Source of the DNA: Acutalibacteraceae bacterium
Lineage (GTDB): Bacteria > Bacillota > Clostridia > Oscillospirales > Acutalibacteraceae
NCBI GenBank assembly: GCA_045533655.1
Contig: JAZSIE010000002.1
Span: forward strand, 35,069-99,068
Reading direction: 5' to 3'
DNA: 64,000 bases
The translations under genes and the position numbers were made by a program. Below are positions 25,345 through 34,876 of this stretch, piece by piece. Position 1 is the first letter of the stretch, and each line of letters starts with the position of its first letter. The notes under the pieces were generated by a model. That model did not search any database and was not told the DNA's origin. It worked only from the letters and a program-made list of their open reading frames with translations.

Positions 25345-25680
25345 ATGGTGGCAGAAGTGGCAATGCTCATTTTTGCAATAGTAGGAATATTGAGTATTTT
25401 AAGATTTATAATTTTTAAATTTATAAGTTTTAAAGAAGAGAAGTTTAATTTAATTATACCCGTATTCAAAGAAGATGAAGAAGTTTTCAGAAGAATTGAA
25501 AATTTAAGAGAGTTTCTGGAGTTTTCGGGGATACATAAAAAATGCACCGTAGTAATTATAAACTACGGCGCAGAGAATTGGTTTTTAGAAAAAATTGACG
25601 AGACGTATGGTTACTACGGATTTTTAAAAATTGTAGATAAAGAAGACGTAAAAGAAGCCTTGAAAGAGATTATAAGTTAG
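25345..25680 (+). CDS. small membrane-anchored hypothetical protein
   Basis: 111 aa. GGGGGTG RBS, one N-terminal TM helix then an acidic soluble part. Its 3' end overlaps the convergent tatD stop by 11 nt. Confidence 0.5.
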   Translation: MVAEVAMLIFAIVGILSILRFIIFKFISFKEEKFNLIIPVFKEDEEVFRRIENLREFLEFSGIHKKCTVVIINYGAENWFLEKIDETYGYYGFLKIVDKEDVKEALKEIIS

Positions 25681-26443
25681 CGTCTATATTGAATAATTTA
25701 AAAGCATTGTTATTAGCAGTTGCGAGAACTTCTTCTTTTGTAAGATTTTTCACTTCTGCTATTTTTTCTGCTACGAAAGATATATAAGTGCTCTGGTTTC
25801 TTTTACCCCTCATAGGCACGGGGCTCATATATGGGCAGTCGGTTTCTAAAAGGAGTCTTTCAAGTGGCAATTCTTTTGCAACTTCTAAAGGTACACGGGC
25901 ATTTTTAAAAGTAACTGCACCACCAAGACCTATATACATTCCGAGTTTCAGAACTTCTTTCATAACTTCAACACTACCAGAGAAGCAGTGAAGAACGCCC
26001 TTTGGTTTGTATTTTTTCAGAATTTCTAAAGTGTCGTTATGAGCATCACGTGAATGAATGATTACAGGTAAATTCAACTCGTTTGCTAATATAACCTGTT
26101 CTGTAAAAATTCTTTTTTGTTCTTCTTTGTTGTCTTTTACCCAGTAATAATCAAGGCCAATTTCACCAATTGCAACACACTTTTTATGTTTTGAAAGTTC
26201 TTTTATTTCATTGAGATAATTTTCATTCGCTTTGTGTATTTCTTCGGGATGAAAACCTACTGCACAATACATAAAATCATATTCTTTAGAAAGTGCAATT
26301 GAGTTTTTAGATTCCTCAATATCTGTACCGCAATTTATTACACCCAAAATGCCCGACTCAGTGAATGAGTCGAGCAATTTAGTTCTGTCTTCATTAAATG
26401 CTTTATCGTTATAATGAGCGTGAGTATCAAAAATGAAGTCCAT
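25670..26443 (-). CDS. tatD: TatD family metal-dependent hydrolase
   Basis: 257 aa. DTHAH N-terminus, IGEIGLDY, HSR/HCFSG and ETDCPY motifs. Confidence 0.9.
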   Translation of the reverse strand: MDFIFDTHAHYNDKAFNEDRTKLLDSFTESGILGVINCGTDIEESKNSIALSKEYDFMYCAVGFHPEEIHKANENYLNEIKELSKHKKCVAIGEIGLDYYWVKDNKEEQKRIFTEQVILANELNLPVIIHSRDAHNDTLEILKKYKPKGVLHCFSGSVEVMKEVLKLGMYIGLGGAVTFKNARVPLEVAKELPLERLLLETDCPYMSPVPMRGKRNQSTYISFVAEKIAEVKNLTKEEVLATANNNAFKLFNIDANL

Positions 26444-26446
26444 AAA

Positions 26447-28390
26447 TTAACCTAACATAGTACCAGCAGGCATACCGTCAACAAAGAGAACTTTAATATC
26501 ATCTTCGGTAATTTCACCCGCTAAAACCATACCTTTACTTTCAACACCGCAAAGTGTTCTTGGTTTTAAGTTTGCAACAATAACAACACTCTTGCCAATA
26601 AGATCTTCTGGCTTATACCACTGTGCAATACCAGATGCTACTGTTCTTGGTTCTTTTGTGCCGTCATCGAGTGTGAGTTTTAAAAGTTTTTTAGCCTTTT
26701 TAATTGGTTCACAGTCAATAACTTTTGCAACACGAAGTTCAACTTTAGCGAAATCGTCAAATTCAATTTCTTTAAGACCGATAATTGTCTTTTCTTCAAC
26801 TTCTTCAACTTGTGGAAGAGATGCTTCAATTTCTGCTAACGTTTTTTCCATATCGAGACGGTTGAAGAGTGGTGTTGCTTCGCCAACTTTTTTGCCCGCT
26901 TCTAATTTACCAAAACTTTCGAGTGATTTAAGGCAATCAATATCACAATTGATTTGTGAGAGAATTGAGTCACTTGTAGTTGGCATAAATGGTTTTAAAA
27001 GAACTGCAATAAAGCGGATACTTTCAAGTAAATTATAAAGAACTGTGCCAAGACGAGTTTTTTTGTCTTCATCTTTAGCAAGTGCCCAAGGCATTGTTTC
27101 GTCGATATATTTGTTACAACGTTTTGCGAACTCGAATATTTTTGAAATAGCATCGCTTATTTTGTAAGTGTCAAGAAGTTTTGTAACTTCAGGGAGAGTA
27201 GCAAGAGCCATTTCTTTTAATTCTTTATCTAATTCATCTTCGCAAGAAGGTTCTTGAATTACACCGTCAAAATACTTGTTATTCATAGCAATTGTACGGT
27301 TAACAAGGTTACCTAAAGTATTTGCAAGGTCTGAATTAAAGCGTTCAATAATTGTGCTGTAAGTTATAGAGCCATCTTGTGCGTGTGGCATTTCTGAAAG
27401 AAGGTAATAACGAACTGCGTCAACGCCGAAACGCTCACAAAGGTCATCAGCATAAATTACGTTGCCACGGGATTTTGACATCTTATCTTCACCAGAGAGA
27501 AGCCAAGGGTGACCAAAAACTTGTTTTGGAAGTGGCTCGCCTAATGCCATAAGCATAATTGGCCAGTAAATTGTGTGGAAACGCAAGATATCTTTACCAA
27601 TAATGTGAACGTCTGCCGGCCAGTATTTTTTATACATTTCTGTATATTCTTCTGTATTATAACCGAGACCTGTAATATAGTTTGAAAGTGCATCTATCCA
27701 AACGTAAATAACGTGTTTATTATCAAAGCTTACAGGTACGCCCCATTTAAAAGAACTTCTTGATACACATAAATCTTGAAGACCAGGTTTTATGAAGTTG
27801 TTAATCATTTCTTTTTTACGACTTTCAGGGTAAATGAAGTCAGGGTTTTGTTCAATGTATTCTTCTAATTGCTTCTGATATTTACTTAATTTGAAGAAGT
27901 AAGTTTCTTCTTTTTCTTTTCTTACTTCTCTGCCACAGTCAGGACATTTGCCGTCAACCAACTGTGTTTCTGTAAAGAAACTTTCGCAAGGTACACAGTA
28001 CCAGCCTTCATATTCGCTTTTGTAAATATCGCCTTGATTATAAAGTTTTTCAAAGATTTTCTGTACTGATTTTTCGTGGTCCGAGTCAGTTGTACGAATG
28101 AATTTATCGTAAGTTGTGTTAAGACAGTCGCAAACGTCTTTAATTTCACCAGCAACTTTGTCAACGTATTCTTTTGGAGAAATGCCTGCTTCTGCAGCAT
28201 ATTCTTCAATTTTCTGACCATGTTCGTCAGTACCAGTCTGGAAAAATACATCATAACCCTGCATTCGCTTAAATCTCGCAAGAGCATCGGCTAATACGAT
28301 TTCGTAAGAGTTACCTATATGCGGTTTTCTTGATGTGTAAGCAATTGCAGTTGTAATATAATATGGCTTTTTTTCCATTATGTTTTTCAT
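26447..28390 (-). CDS. metG: methionine--tRNA ligase with a C-terminal tRNA-binding (EMAP/Trbp111-like) domain
   Basis: PHIGN (HxGN variant of HIGH), KMSKS, Zn knuckles CVPC...CPDCG, C-terminal VAKV...LKL..DDG. Start is ambiguous between the ATG at 28390 and the ATG at 28378. Confidence 0.95.
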   Translation of the reverse strand: MKNIMEKKPYYITTAIAYTSRKPHIGNSYEIVLADALARFKRMQGYDVFFQTGTDEHGQKIEEYAAEAGISPKEYVDKVAGEIKDVCDCLNTTYDKFIRTTDSDHEKSVQKIFEKLYNQGDIYKSEYEGWYCVPCESFFTETQLVDGKCPDCGREVRKEKEETYFFKLSKYQKQLEEYIEQNPDFIYPESRKKEMINNFIKPGLQDLCVSRSSFKWGVPVSFDNKHVIYVWIDALSNYITGLGYNTEEYTEMYKKYWPADVHIIGKDILRFHTIYWPIMLMALGEPLPKQVFGHPWLLSGEDKMSKSRGNVIYADDLCERFGVDAVRYYLLSEMPHAQDGSITYSTIIERFNSDLANTLGNLVNRTIAMNNKYFDGVIQEPSCEDELDKELKEMALATLPEVTKLLDTYKISDAISKIFEFAKRCNKYIDETMPWALAKDEDKKTRLGTVLYNLLESIRFIAVLLKPFMPTTSDSILSQINCDIDCLKSLESFGKLEAGKKVGEATPLFNRLDMEKTLAEIEASLPQVEEVEEKTIIGLKEIEFDDFAKVELRVAKVIDCEPIKKAKKLLKLTLDDGTKEPRTVASGIAQWYKPEDLIGKSVVIVANLKPRTLCGVESKGMVLAGEITEDDIKVLFVDGMPAGTMLG

Positions 28391-28415
28391 TCCTATTCTT
28401 GTTTTAATTTAATAA

Positions 28416-30773
28416 TTATTCAGAAACTAATTCGATTGTTTTTTCTTCAATTCCTGAAGCGTTTATTGTAATTTTAATTTTACCTTTTTTACCATTTGTT
28501 CTTACCCAAAATGCTCTGTCGCCACCAATAAGTGGGAATTCAGTAGGGCCAATAACGGAAGCAGGGCCGTCAACGGTAACTTTAACTGTACTGTCAGCGA
28601 AAGGTACTCTGTTACCATTCTGGTCTTTTGCGACAATTTCAATTCTTGTAGCATCGTAAGTGTCGCCTTGTTTTAATGTGTAAGAATCTGCGTTAACTTC
28701 TAAGTTGAGAGATTCAACCGCAGTTCTTATAACGGTAGCAACACATTCGCCGTCTTTGTAACCTTCAAAGCGGTAAGTGATTTGTTCTTCACCCCAACCG
28801 CCAATGTACTTTGTAACAAGGTCAAACATTCTGTTAAAAGAAAGTCTGCCTGTAACCATAGCCGCACCAGCGAGTAAGAAGTTGTGTGGTGGCATTTTGA
28901 ATTGCTCCATCTGAGCCGCAACAAGTGCAGGTTTTAAAATAGATGCAGTTGTTTCGTCTAAATTATCAACTTCTGTTAAGGCATCACCAATAAAGTCTGC
29001 CGCAATAACCGGTGGGTGTGGAAGGTTTTTAAATGGTGACTCACTTGGGTAAACTGTACTTGTATATTTACCATTTTTGTAAAGTTTAACATAGTCACAG
29101 TTAGAATAAATATAAACTTTACCAATAACACCGCCTGGATGCTCACCGATATCCATAGCAGAAGTTACTTCTAAATATGGTTCGTTTTCTTGTTGTGAAC
29201 GATAAACCGCTGCACCTAATTTTGGTACACGGAACATATCTGTAACACCGTGATAGCAGATTTTATCGCCACTACCAAAGTCTTTGTGGGTGTTGTAGTC
29301 TGCCATACACCAGCCAATAGCACCGCTGATTCTGTCGTTTCCGTACGCTGTGTTAAGAACTCTTGTGTGTCTTAAAGCGTGTTCGGTTCTTAAAGCCTCA
29401 CGGTCAAATGATTTTGTAGGGAACATGTGACCATTATGTTCTGTAACAAGGTAAGGTGCATTGAAACCTGTAACAATTTCAGGTGGTAAAAGGTGAATAG
29501 CACCACCAGAATGTGAGAAGTCGTTATATGTGTAAACGTCTTCAAGTAAATGGCTTCTTGGAATATTTCTTACGCCACCTGTCTGACGAGTGTTATCGAG
29601 TGAACGAGCCATTTTATTTGTTTCGGTGTAGAATTCGTCACAGTCAAGACCTTCGTTAACACGAACGCCCCAGAGAATTACTGACGGGTGATTTCTGTCA
29701 CGGATAACCATTCTCTTAACGTTATCAAGGCAAATATCACGCCATTCGCCTTCGCCTAAAAATTGCCAGCTTGGCATTTCTGTAAATACCAAAAGACCAA
29801 TTTCGTCACAGCGATTAAGGAAGTGAACGCTGTTAGGGTAGTGCGAAGTTCTTACAAGGTTTACGCCTAATTTATATTTAAGTAAGTCGGCATCTGCCTT
29901 CTGAACGTTTTCTGGCATAGCATAACCAACGTAAGGGTAGCTCTGGTGACGGTTAAGACCACGGATTTTAATCTTTTTACCGTTAAGGTAGAAGCCGTCT
30001 TTTCTGAATTTAACTTCTCTGAAACCAAAGCGGACTTTATATTCATCTTCGTTATTAAATGAAACGTAAACGTTATAAAGTTCAGGGTTATTAATATCCC
30101 AGAGTTTAACGTTCTCAACTGCCCATTTCGCGTTGATAACGGTTCCTTTTACTTTACATTCTTTTTCACCGATTGTTTCACCATCTTTTTCAAGACGGAA
30201 TTTAAGAGTGCCCTCTGTACTTTCGGAGAAAGTAACATCCATATCGAGAACTTTTTTAGGTTGGTGGATATTTAAAGTTCTCACGAATACGTCTTTAATG
30301 TAAATTTCTGAAACTTCTTCAATCCATACTTCACGATAAATACCGCCGTAAACCAAGTAGTCAACAACGTTGCCGAAAGGTGGAATTTCAGGTCTTTCAC
30401 TTGAGTCTAATTCAACTACTAAAACGTTGTTCTTTTTATTTACAACGTCTGTAATATCAAATGAAAAACGGTTGTAAGCACCTTTATATTCGCCAATAAA
30501 TTCATCATTTAAATAAACCTTTGAGTAAACAGCCGCACCTTCAAAATGAAGAATATATTTTTTGCCGTCTTTCTTTGGTAAATCGAATCTTTTACGGTAG
30601 CAACTTACAAATTGATAGCATTTTTCATCAAAATAGTTAAAAGGAATTTCTTTATTAGCGTGTGGAATATCTACTGTTTCAAAAGATTTATCGTTAAATT
30701 TTGCTTTTGTCATTTCTTCTGAAAAATTCGGGGAATATTTCCATTCAAAGTTAAGTGGATATGAATTACGCAT
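28416..30773 (-). CDS. GH2 family glycoside hydrolase (beta-galactosidase-like)
   Basis: Start moved to MRNSYPLNFEWKY after an AAGGTGA RBS. NLVRTSHYP and WGVRVNEG motifs; C-terminal Ig-like domain. Only 25 nt upstream of metG. Confidence 0.85.
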   Translation of the reverse strand: MRNSYPLNFEWKYSPNFSEEMTKAKFNDKSFETVDIPHANKEIPFNYFDEKCYQFVSCYRKRFDLPKKDGKKYILHFEGAAVYSKVYLNDEFIGEYKGAYNRFSFDITDVVNKKNNVLVVELDSSERPEIPPFGNVVDYLVYGGIYREVWIEEVSEIYIKDVFVRTLNIHQPKKVLDMDVTFSESTEGTLKFRLEKDGETIGEKECKVKGTVINAKWAVENVKLWDINNPELYNVYVSFNNEDEYKVRFGFREVKFRKDGFYLNGKKIKIRGLNRHQSYPYVGYAMPENVQKADADLLKYKLGVNLVRTSHYPNSVHFLNRCDEIGLLVFTEMPSWQFLGEGEWRDICLDNVKRMVIRDRNHPSVILWGVRVNEGLDCDEFYTETNKMARSLDNTRQTGGVRNIPRSHLLEDVYTYNDFSHSGGAIHLLPPEIVTGFNAPYLVTEHNGHMFPTKSFDREALRTEHALRHTRVLNTAYGNDRISGAIGWCMADYNTHKDFGSGDKICYHGVTDMFRVPKLGAAVYRSQQENEPYLEVTSAMDIGEHPGGVIGKVYIYSNCDYVKLYKNGKYTSTVYPSESPFKNLPHPPVIAADFIGDALTEVDNLDETTASILKPALVAAQMEQFKMPPHNFLLAGAAMVTGRLSFNRMFDLVTKYIGGWGEEQITYRFEGYKDGECVATVIRTAVESLNLEVNADSYTLKQGDTYDATRIEIVAKDQNGNRVPFADSTVKVTVDGPASVIGPTEFPLIGGDRAFWVRTNGKKGKIKITINASGIEEKTIELVSE

Positions 30774-30854
30774 TTTATCACCTTTTTTCATCTTTTTTTG
30801 GTCTATAATATACCATTATAATTACCATTATTTTATACTATTATAATAACAATG

Positions 30855-32171
30855 TCAACTTAAAAAATCTAAAAGCGATTGTCTTGTATTCTCAGCTTTT
30901 CCTTCGATAACAGAGTCTAAAAGAAAATCTAATTTTTTGCCGATTTCTTCATTTTTAAATCCGAGTTTAATTAAATCGTTTCCGTCGATTTTTAATTGAC
31001 TTATTGTAACGCATTCATTATTTTTTTCAATTTCTTCAAGCCATATCAAAACTTGCTTTGATTCTTTACTTATGTCTCTGTAACTTTCTGAAAGTGCCCC
31101 ACGGTCGCTCTTTTTAATAATGAGTAAAGTTCTTACGTCTTCGGCGGTTAATACTTTCATTTTCTTTTTTAATTCTAATTTAGTTTCAGGTGGCTCAAAA
31201 TCGTGGTGACTTACTAAAAATGAAACACGGTTAATAGTCTTTTTATCAAAGCGAAGTCTCGTTAAAATTTCTTTTGCCATTTCAGCACCAATGGTAGCGT
31301 GATTTTTAAAAGTGCTGTCGCCATTTTCGTTTAATTTATGGGTAGGCACTTTTCCTAAATCGTGTAAAAGCATAGTAAGTCTTAAAATTTTATCTTGCGG
31401 AATAGTCTTTACAGTATGGCAGATATGAGTCCATACGTCGTAGGCGTGTTTTTTGCCGTATTGTTTAAAGTTGATACAAGGCAGAATTTCTGGAATTATA
31501 ATTGCAAAAACGTCAGCGAATTCTGTTAATATATTAAAAACGTTATCACCGAGAAGTAATTTATTAAGTTCAACAGTAATTCTTTCAACCGAGATATTTT
31601 TTAAGAGTTCTTTTTGTTTGTGAATTGCTTTTTTAGTTTCTTCTTCAATAGTGAAACCAAGAGTAGAAGCAAAGCGTAACGCTCTCATAATACGAAGCCC
31701 GTCTTCATTAAAGCGTTTTTCGGGTTCACCAACAGTTCTTATTATTTTGTTTTCGATATCAGAAAGTCCGCCGCATAAATCAACAAGACCTGTTTTTTCT
31801 GAATAAGCTAACGTGTTTACTGTAAAATCACGTCTTTTTAAATCTTCTTTAAGATTTCTTGTAAAAGAAACGTTTTCGGGGTGGCGGTTGTCAGAGTATT
31901 CGCCGTCAATTCTGAAAGTTGTAACTTCAACTGCTTCGTGGTCTATTATAATTGAAACAGTGCCGTGCTTTATGCCAGTGTCTATTATTCTTTCGGCTTT
32001 AAAAAGTTCTTTTGTTTCTTCTGGCAGAGCAGAAGTGGTGATATCCCAATCATTAGTAGGAATACCCATAACGCTGTCACGGATGCTACCACCGACACAA
32101 TAAGCTTCAAAACCATTTTGCCAAAATGTTTCAAGAATGTAATTTATTTTTTCTGGAATTTTAATATTCAT
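30855..32171 (-). CDS. cca: CCA-adding tRNA nucleotidyltransferase with an HD domain
   Basis: 438 aa. GGSIRD, DWDITT, RDFTVN and HDLGK. Confidence 0.9.
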   Translation of the reverse strand: MNIKIPEKINYILETFWQNGFEAYCVGGSIRDSVMGIPTNDWDITTSALPEETKELFKAERIIDTGIKHGTVSIIIDHEAVEVTTFRIDGEYSDNRHPENVSFTRNLKEDLKRRDFTVNTLAYSEKTGLVDLCGGLSDIENKIIRTVGEPEKRFNEDGLRIMRALRFASTLGFTIEEETKKAIHKQKELLKNISVERITVELNKLLLGDNVFNILTEFADVFAIIIPEILPCINFKQYGKKHAYDVWTHICHTVKTIPQDKILRLTMLLHDLGKVPTHKLNENGDSTFKNHATIGAEMAKEILTRLRFDKKTINRVSFLVSHHDFEPPETKLELKKKMKVLTAEDVRTLLIIKKSDRGALSESYRDISKESKQVLIWLEEIEKNNECVTISQLKIDGNDLIKLGFKNEEIGKKLDFLLDSVIEGKAENTRQSLLDFLS

Positions 32172-32445
32172 ATTAAGTCCTTTATAGTATTCTTTGAATG
32201 TTGTAATACCTAATATTATCGCCCTAAATTGTGTTTATGTCAACTAAATTTTAAAAAAATACACAATATTTATGATTAGGTAGCAAAAAAACAAAAAGTT
32301 ACAAATTGTAATTTTTGCATTTTTTACAAAAATAATAACCAATATATACGACAGGTGTTGAATAAAATACAGAATATAGGGGTATTTGCTCGATTTTAGA
32401 CATTTGATTTGTGCAAAATATACAATGTTAGTGCCTTGAAATTAT

Positions 32446-32473
32446 TTGACAATACCAAAAAAATGGTTATAAT
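32446..32473 (+). promoter_or_regulatory. Candidate promoter with a leader of about 155 nt for the G5/3D gene
   Basis: TTGACA (32446-32451), 16-nt spacer, TATAAT (32468-32473). Confidence 0.5.
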
Positions 32474-32633
32474 ACATTTTGCCATAGGATAAAAAAGCAA
32501 AGAGATATTTTTGCTTATAGTTTTAAGTTGAGTCTGGCACCTCGATTTTTAATTGTAAACAAGATTATCTATTAACAACAATTCCTTTAAAAATATCATT
32601 CCGGGAATTGTTAGTTTAAGGAGTATTTATACC

Positions 32634-33890
32634 ATGACAAAATTTAAAAAAGGCGAAATGGCAGTGCATTTACCTAACAGAAAGCTTGCGCTTCTTATGG
32701 TAGTAGTGTTATTCTTTGTTTCAGTTACTGCGTTCGCTAAGCCAGTTAAATCTTATGACGTTAAGATTAAGGACGGCGAAAAAGTTATTGTTACTCGTAC
32801 CAGAGAAACAAAACCAGAAGCGATACTTGAAGAAAACGATATTTTATTCAATGAAGCTTATGGTGATAAATTAGACCTTACAGGGTTTAAAGCTGGAGAA
32901 GACGAAACAATAATAAAAATAAACAGAGGCGTAAGTGTATCAATTACAAATTACGAAGGTACAACTTATGCAGTATTTGCTTCAGGCACAGTCGGTGATG
33001 CTATTAAAATGGCAGAAATCAACTTACCTGAAGGTGCATCAGTAAACTATTCACTTGACGAGCCACTTACTGAAGGAATGGAAATTGAAGTTTACGGTGC
33101 TTACGATATTAAGGTTAAAATTGATGGCGTAGTTTACGAAAGAACTGTTTCTGGTAAAACAGTTGGCGACGCTATTTCTAAAGTTGACCTTAATATAAGT
33201 GATGATGACCAGACAAATCCTGGTGAGAACACACCACTTATGAATGGTATTGTAATTGAAGTTATAAAAGTTAAAACAAAGGTTTACACAGTTACTGAAA
33301 AACTTTCATACAATACTAAATATCTTTACACTGACGAGTTGGCATCGGGTAAAACAAGAGTTACTCAGGAAGGTCAGAACGGTGTAAGAGAAATCACTTA
33401 TAAAGAATCATATATCGGCGACGTTCTTATTGACCGTGTTGTAAAAGACTCTAATATTACAAAACGTCCTGTTGATAAGATTATAGAAGTTGGTACAAAG
33501 GCAAATATAAAACCTTCAACAACACCATCTTCAACACCAATAAGTGACCTTGCAGTTCCATCCTACGTTAATATAGGTGCAAACGGCATTCCTACAAATT
33601 ATAAAAAAGCGATTAATGCGAAAGCAACTGCTTACTGTATGCCTGGTGGTATAACTTCAACAGGTGAAAAAGTAAGAACAGGTTATATAGCGGTTGACCC
33701 TAATGAAATTCCTTATGGCACAGAAATGTATATTGTTTCTGCAGATGGCAAACGTGTTTATGGTTATTGTATAGCCGCTGACACAGGTGGTTTTGTTAAC
33801 AGTACAGACTGGACAGTTGACTTGTATATGGATACTGAACAGGAGTGCGTTAACTGGGGTAGACGTGATATAATAATTTATATTTTATAA
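32634..33890 (+). CDS. YabE/RpfB-like cell-wall protein (DUF348 repeats-G5-3D domains)
   Basis: 418 aa. N-terminal anchor; G5 pattern (TRVTQEGQNGVREITY...IEVGTK); 3D domain (ATAYC...TGYIAVDP..IPYGT..YI....Y..AADTGG). Confidence 0.85.
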   Translation: MTKFKKGEMAVHLPNRKLALLMVVVLFFVSVTAFAKPVKSYDVKIKDGEKVIVTRTRETKPEAILEENDILFNEAYGDKLDLTGFKAGEDETIIKINRGVSVSITNYEGTTYAVFASGTVGDAIKMAEINLPEGASVNYSLDEPLTEGMEIEVYGAYDIKVKIDGVVYERTVSGKTVGDAISKVDLNISDDDQTNPGENTPLMNGIVIEVIKVKTKVYTVTEKLSYNTKYLYTDELASGKTRVTQEGQNGVREITYKESYIGDVLIDRVVKDSNITKRPVDKIIEVGTKANIKPSTTPSSTPISDLAVPSYVNIGANGIPTNYKKAINAKATAYCMPGGITSTGEKVRTGYIAVDPNEIPYGTEMYIVSADGKRVYGYCIAADTGGFVNSTDWTVDLYMDTEQECVNWGRRDIIIYIL

Positions 33891-33916
33891 AAATTGTTAT
33901 TTTAGCGCAGAACAAA

Positions 33917-33965
33917 ATGAGCATATTCAAATTTATTTAAAAATTTGAATATGCTCATAAATTTT
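33917..33965 (+). terminator. Rho-independent terminator
   Basis: atgagcatattcaaattt / aaatttgaatatgctcat 18-bp stem. Confidence 0.75.
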
Positions 33966-33990
33966 ACATAAACTAAATTTGGTGAAAAAA

Positions 33991-34428
33991 ATGAGAAATT
34001 ATCAATATAGTAAATTAGTAGAAAAGTTAACCCCTAAATCGCCATTAAAAAAAGATTTAATTAATGCATTTTTATTTGGTGGGACAATAAGTTGCATTGG
34101 TCAGGTTTTAAGAACTTTGTATCTTATGACTTCTATGACGCTTACCCAGGCTAAAGCACTTGTTTCAATAACACTTATTGCAATTACTGCAATTCTTACA
34201 ATACTCGGTGTGTTTGATAAATTAGCAAAAATTGGCGGTGCCGGGTGTTTCGTTCCAATCTCGGGTTTTGCAAATTCTGTTGTGTCACCAGCACTCGAAT
34301 TTAAAGCAGAAGGTTTTGTTTTAGGTACTGGCGCTAAAATGTTTAATCTTGCAGGTCCCGTAATAGTTTACGGTTGCGGTGCTGCAAGTATTTACGGTCT
34401 TATTTATTGGATTATAGAAAAAATTTAG
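33991..34428 (+). CDS. spoVAC: stage V sporulation protein AC
   Basis: ATG at 33991 after GGTGA. FLFGGTISCIGQ...GGAGCFVPISGFANSVVSPALEFKAEGFVLG..AKMFNLAGPVIVYG aligns with my recollection of B. subtilis SpoVAC. Confidence 0.85.
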   Translation: MRNYQYSKLVEKLTPKSPLKKDLINAFLFGGTISCIGQVLRTLYLMTSMTLTQAKALVSITLIAITAILTILGVFDKLAKIGGAGCFVPISGFANSVVSPALEFKAEGFVLGTGAKMFNLAGPVIVYGCGAASIYGLIYWIIEKI

Positions 34429-34470
34429 GGAACAAATTGGCTTTCTTTAAGTCAATTTGTTCCCTAAAAT
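34426..34470. terminator. Bidirectional terminator
   Basis: tagggaacaaattg / caatttgttcccta stem. Confidence 0.8.
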
Positions 34471-34473
34471 ATT

Positions 34474-34839
34474 TTAATCTTCCAGTGCCATTTTAACTTT
34501 ACATAAAAAGTCAACTTCGTTAAATGGCTTTGTTATAAAGCCTTTTGCACCTGCTAAAAGTGCTTCACGAGTTATTTCTGGTTTGTTAATAGCAGAGTTT
34601 ATAACTATTTTTGCTTCTTTTTTTAAATTTAAAAGTTCATAAAGAAGTTTTAAGTCGAAACTGTCAGGAAGCATAATATCAAGCACAGTCAGGTCAGGTT
34701 GTGTTTTTTCAAAAATTTTGCGTGTTTCTTCTGCTGTTGTTGCTTCTAAAATATTATCAAATCCAGCGTTATATAACGCTTGCTTCATGACACTTCGAGA
34801 AAACTCTGCATCATCAACAATTAGTATTGTTTCTTTCAT
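34474..34839 (-). CDS. single-domain CheY-like response regulator
   Basis: 121 aa. ILIVDDA...LTVLDIMLPD...ITKPF. Confidence 0.85.
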   Translation of the reverse strand: MKETILIVDDAEFSRSVMKQALYNAGFDNILEATTAEETRKIFEKTQPDLTVLDIMLPDSFDLKLLYELLNLKKEAKIVINSAINKPEITREALLAGAKGFITKPFNEVDFLCKVKMALED

Positions 34840-34876
34840 TGTATATATCTCCTATCAGGTGGGGGAACCCTTCAGA

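Noticed and set aside
25296-25547. An 83-aa minus-strand ORF opposite the small gene at 25345..25680
   Set aside because: Its translation is low-complexity (LKLINLKIINLKIL) with no RBS. The plus-strand ORF has a strong RBS and a coherent TM-plus-soluble layout.
28391-28415. A T-box leader upstream of metG
   Set aside because: Only 25 nt separate metG from the upstream GH2 gene, which leaves no room for a leader of about 200 nt. No specifier or T-box sequence was seen.
32172-32633. A ydaO-type c-di-AMP riboswitch upstream of the G5/3D gene
   Set aside because: It was expected from family context, but I could not find the conserved ydaO sequence elements by eye. It is reported only as an unexplained structured leader, and an Infernal scan is needed.
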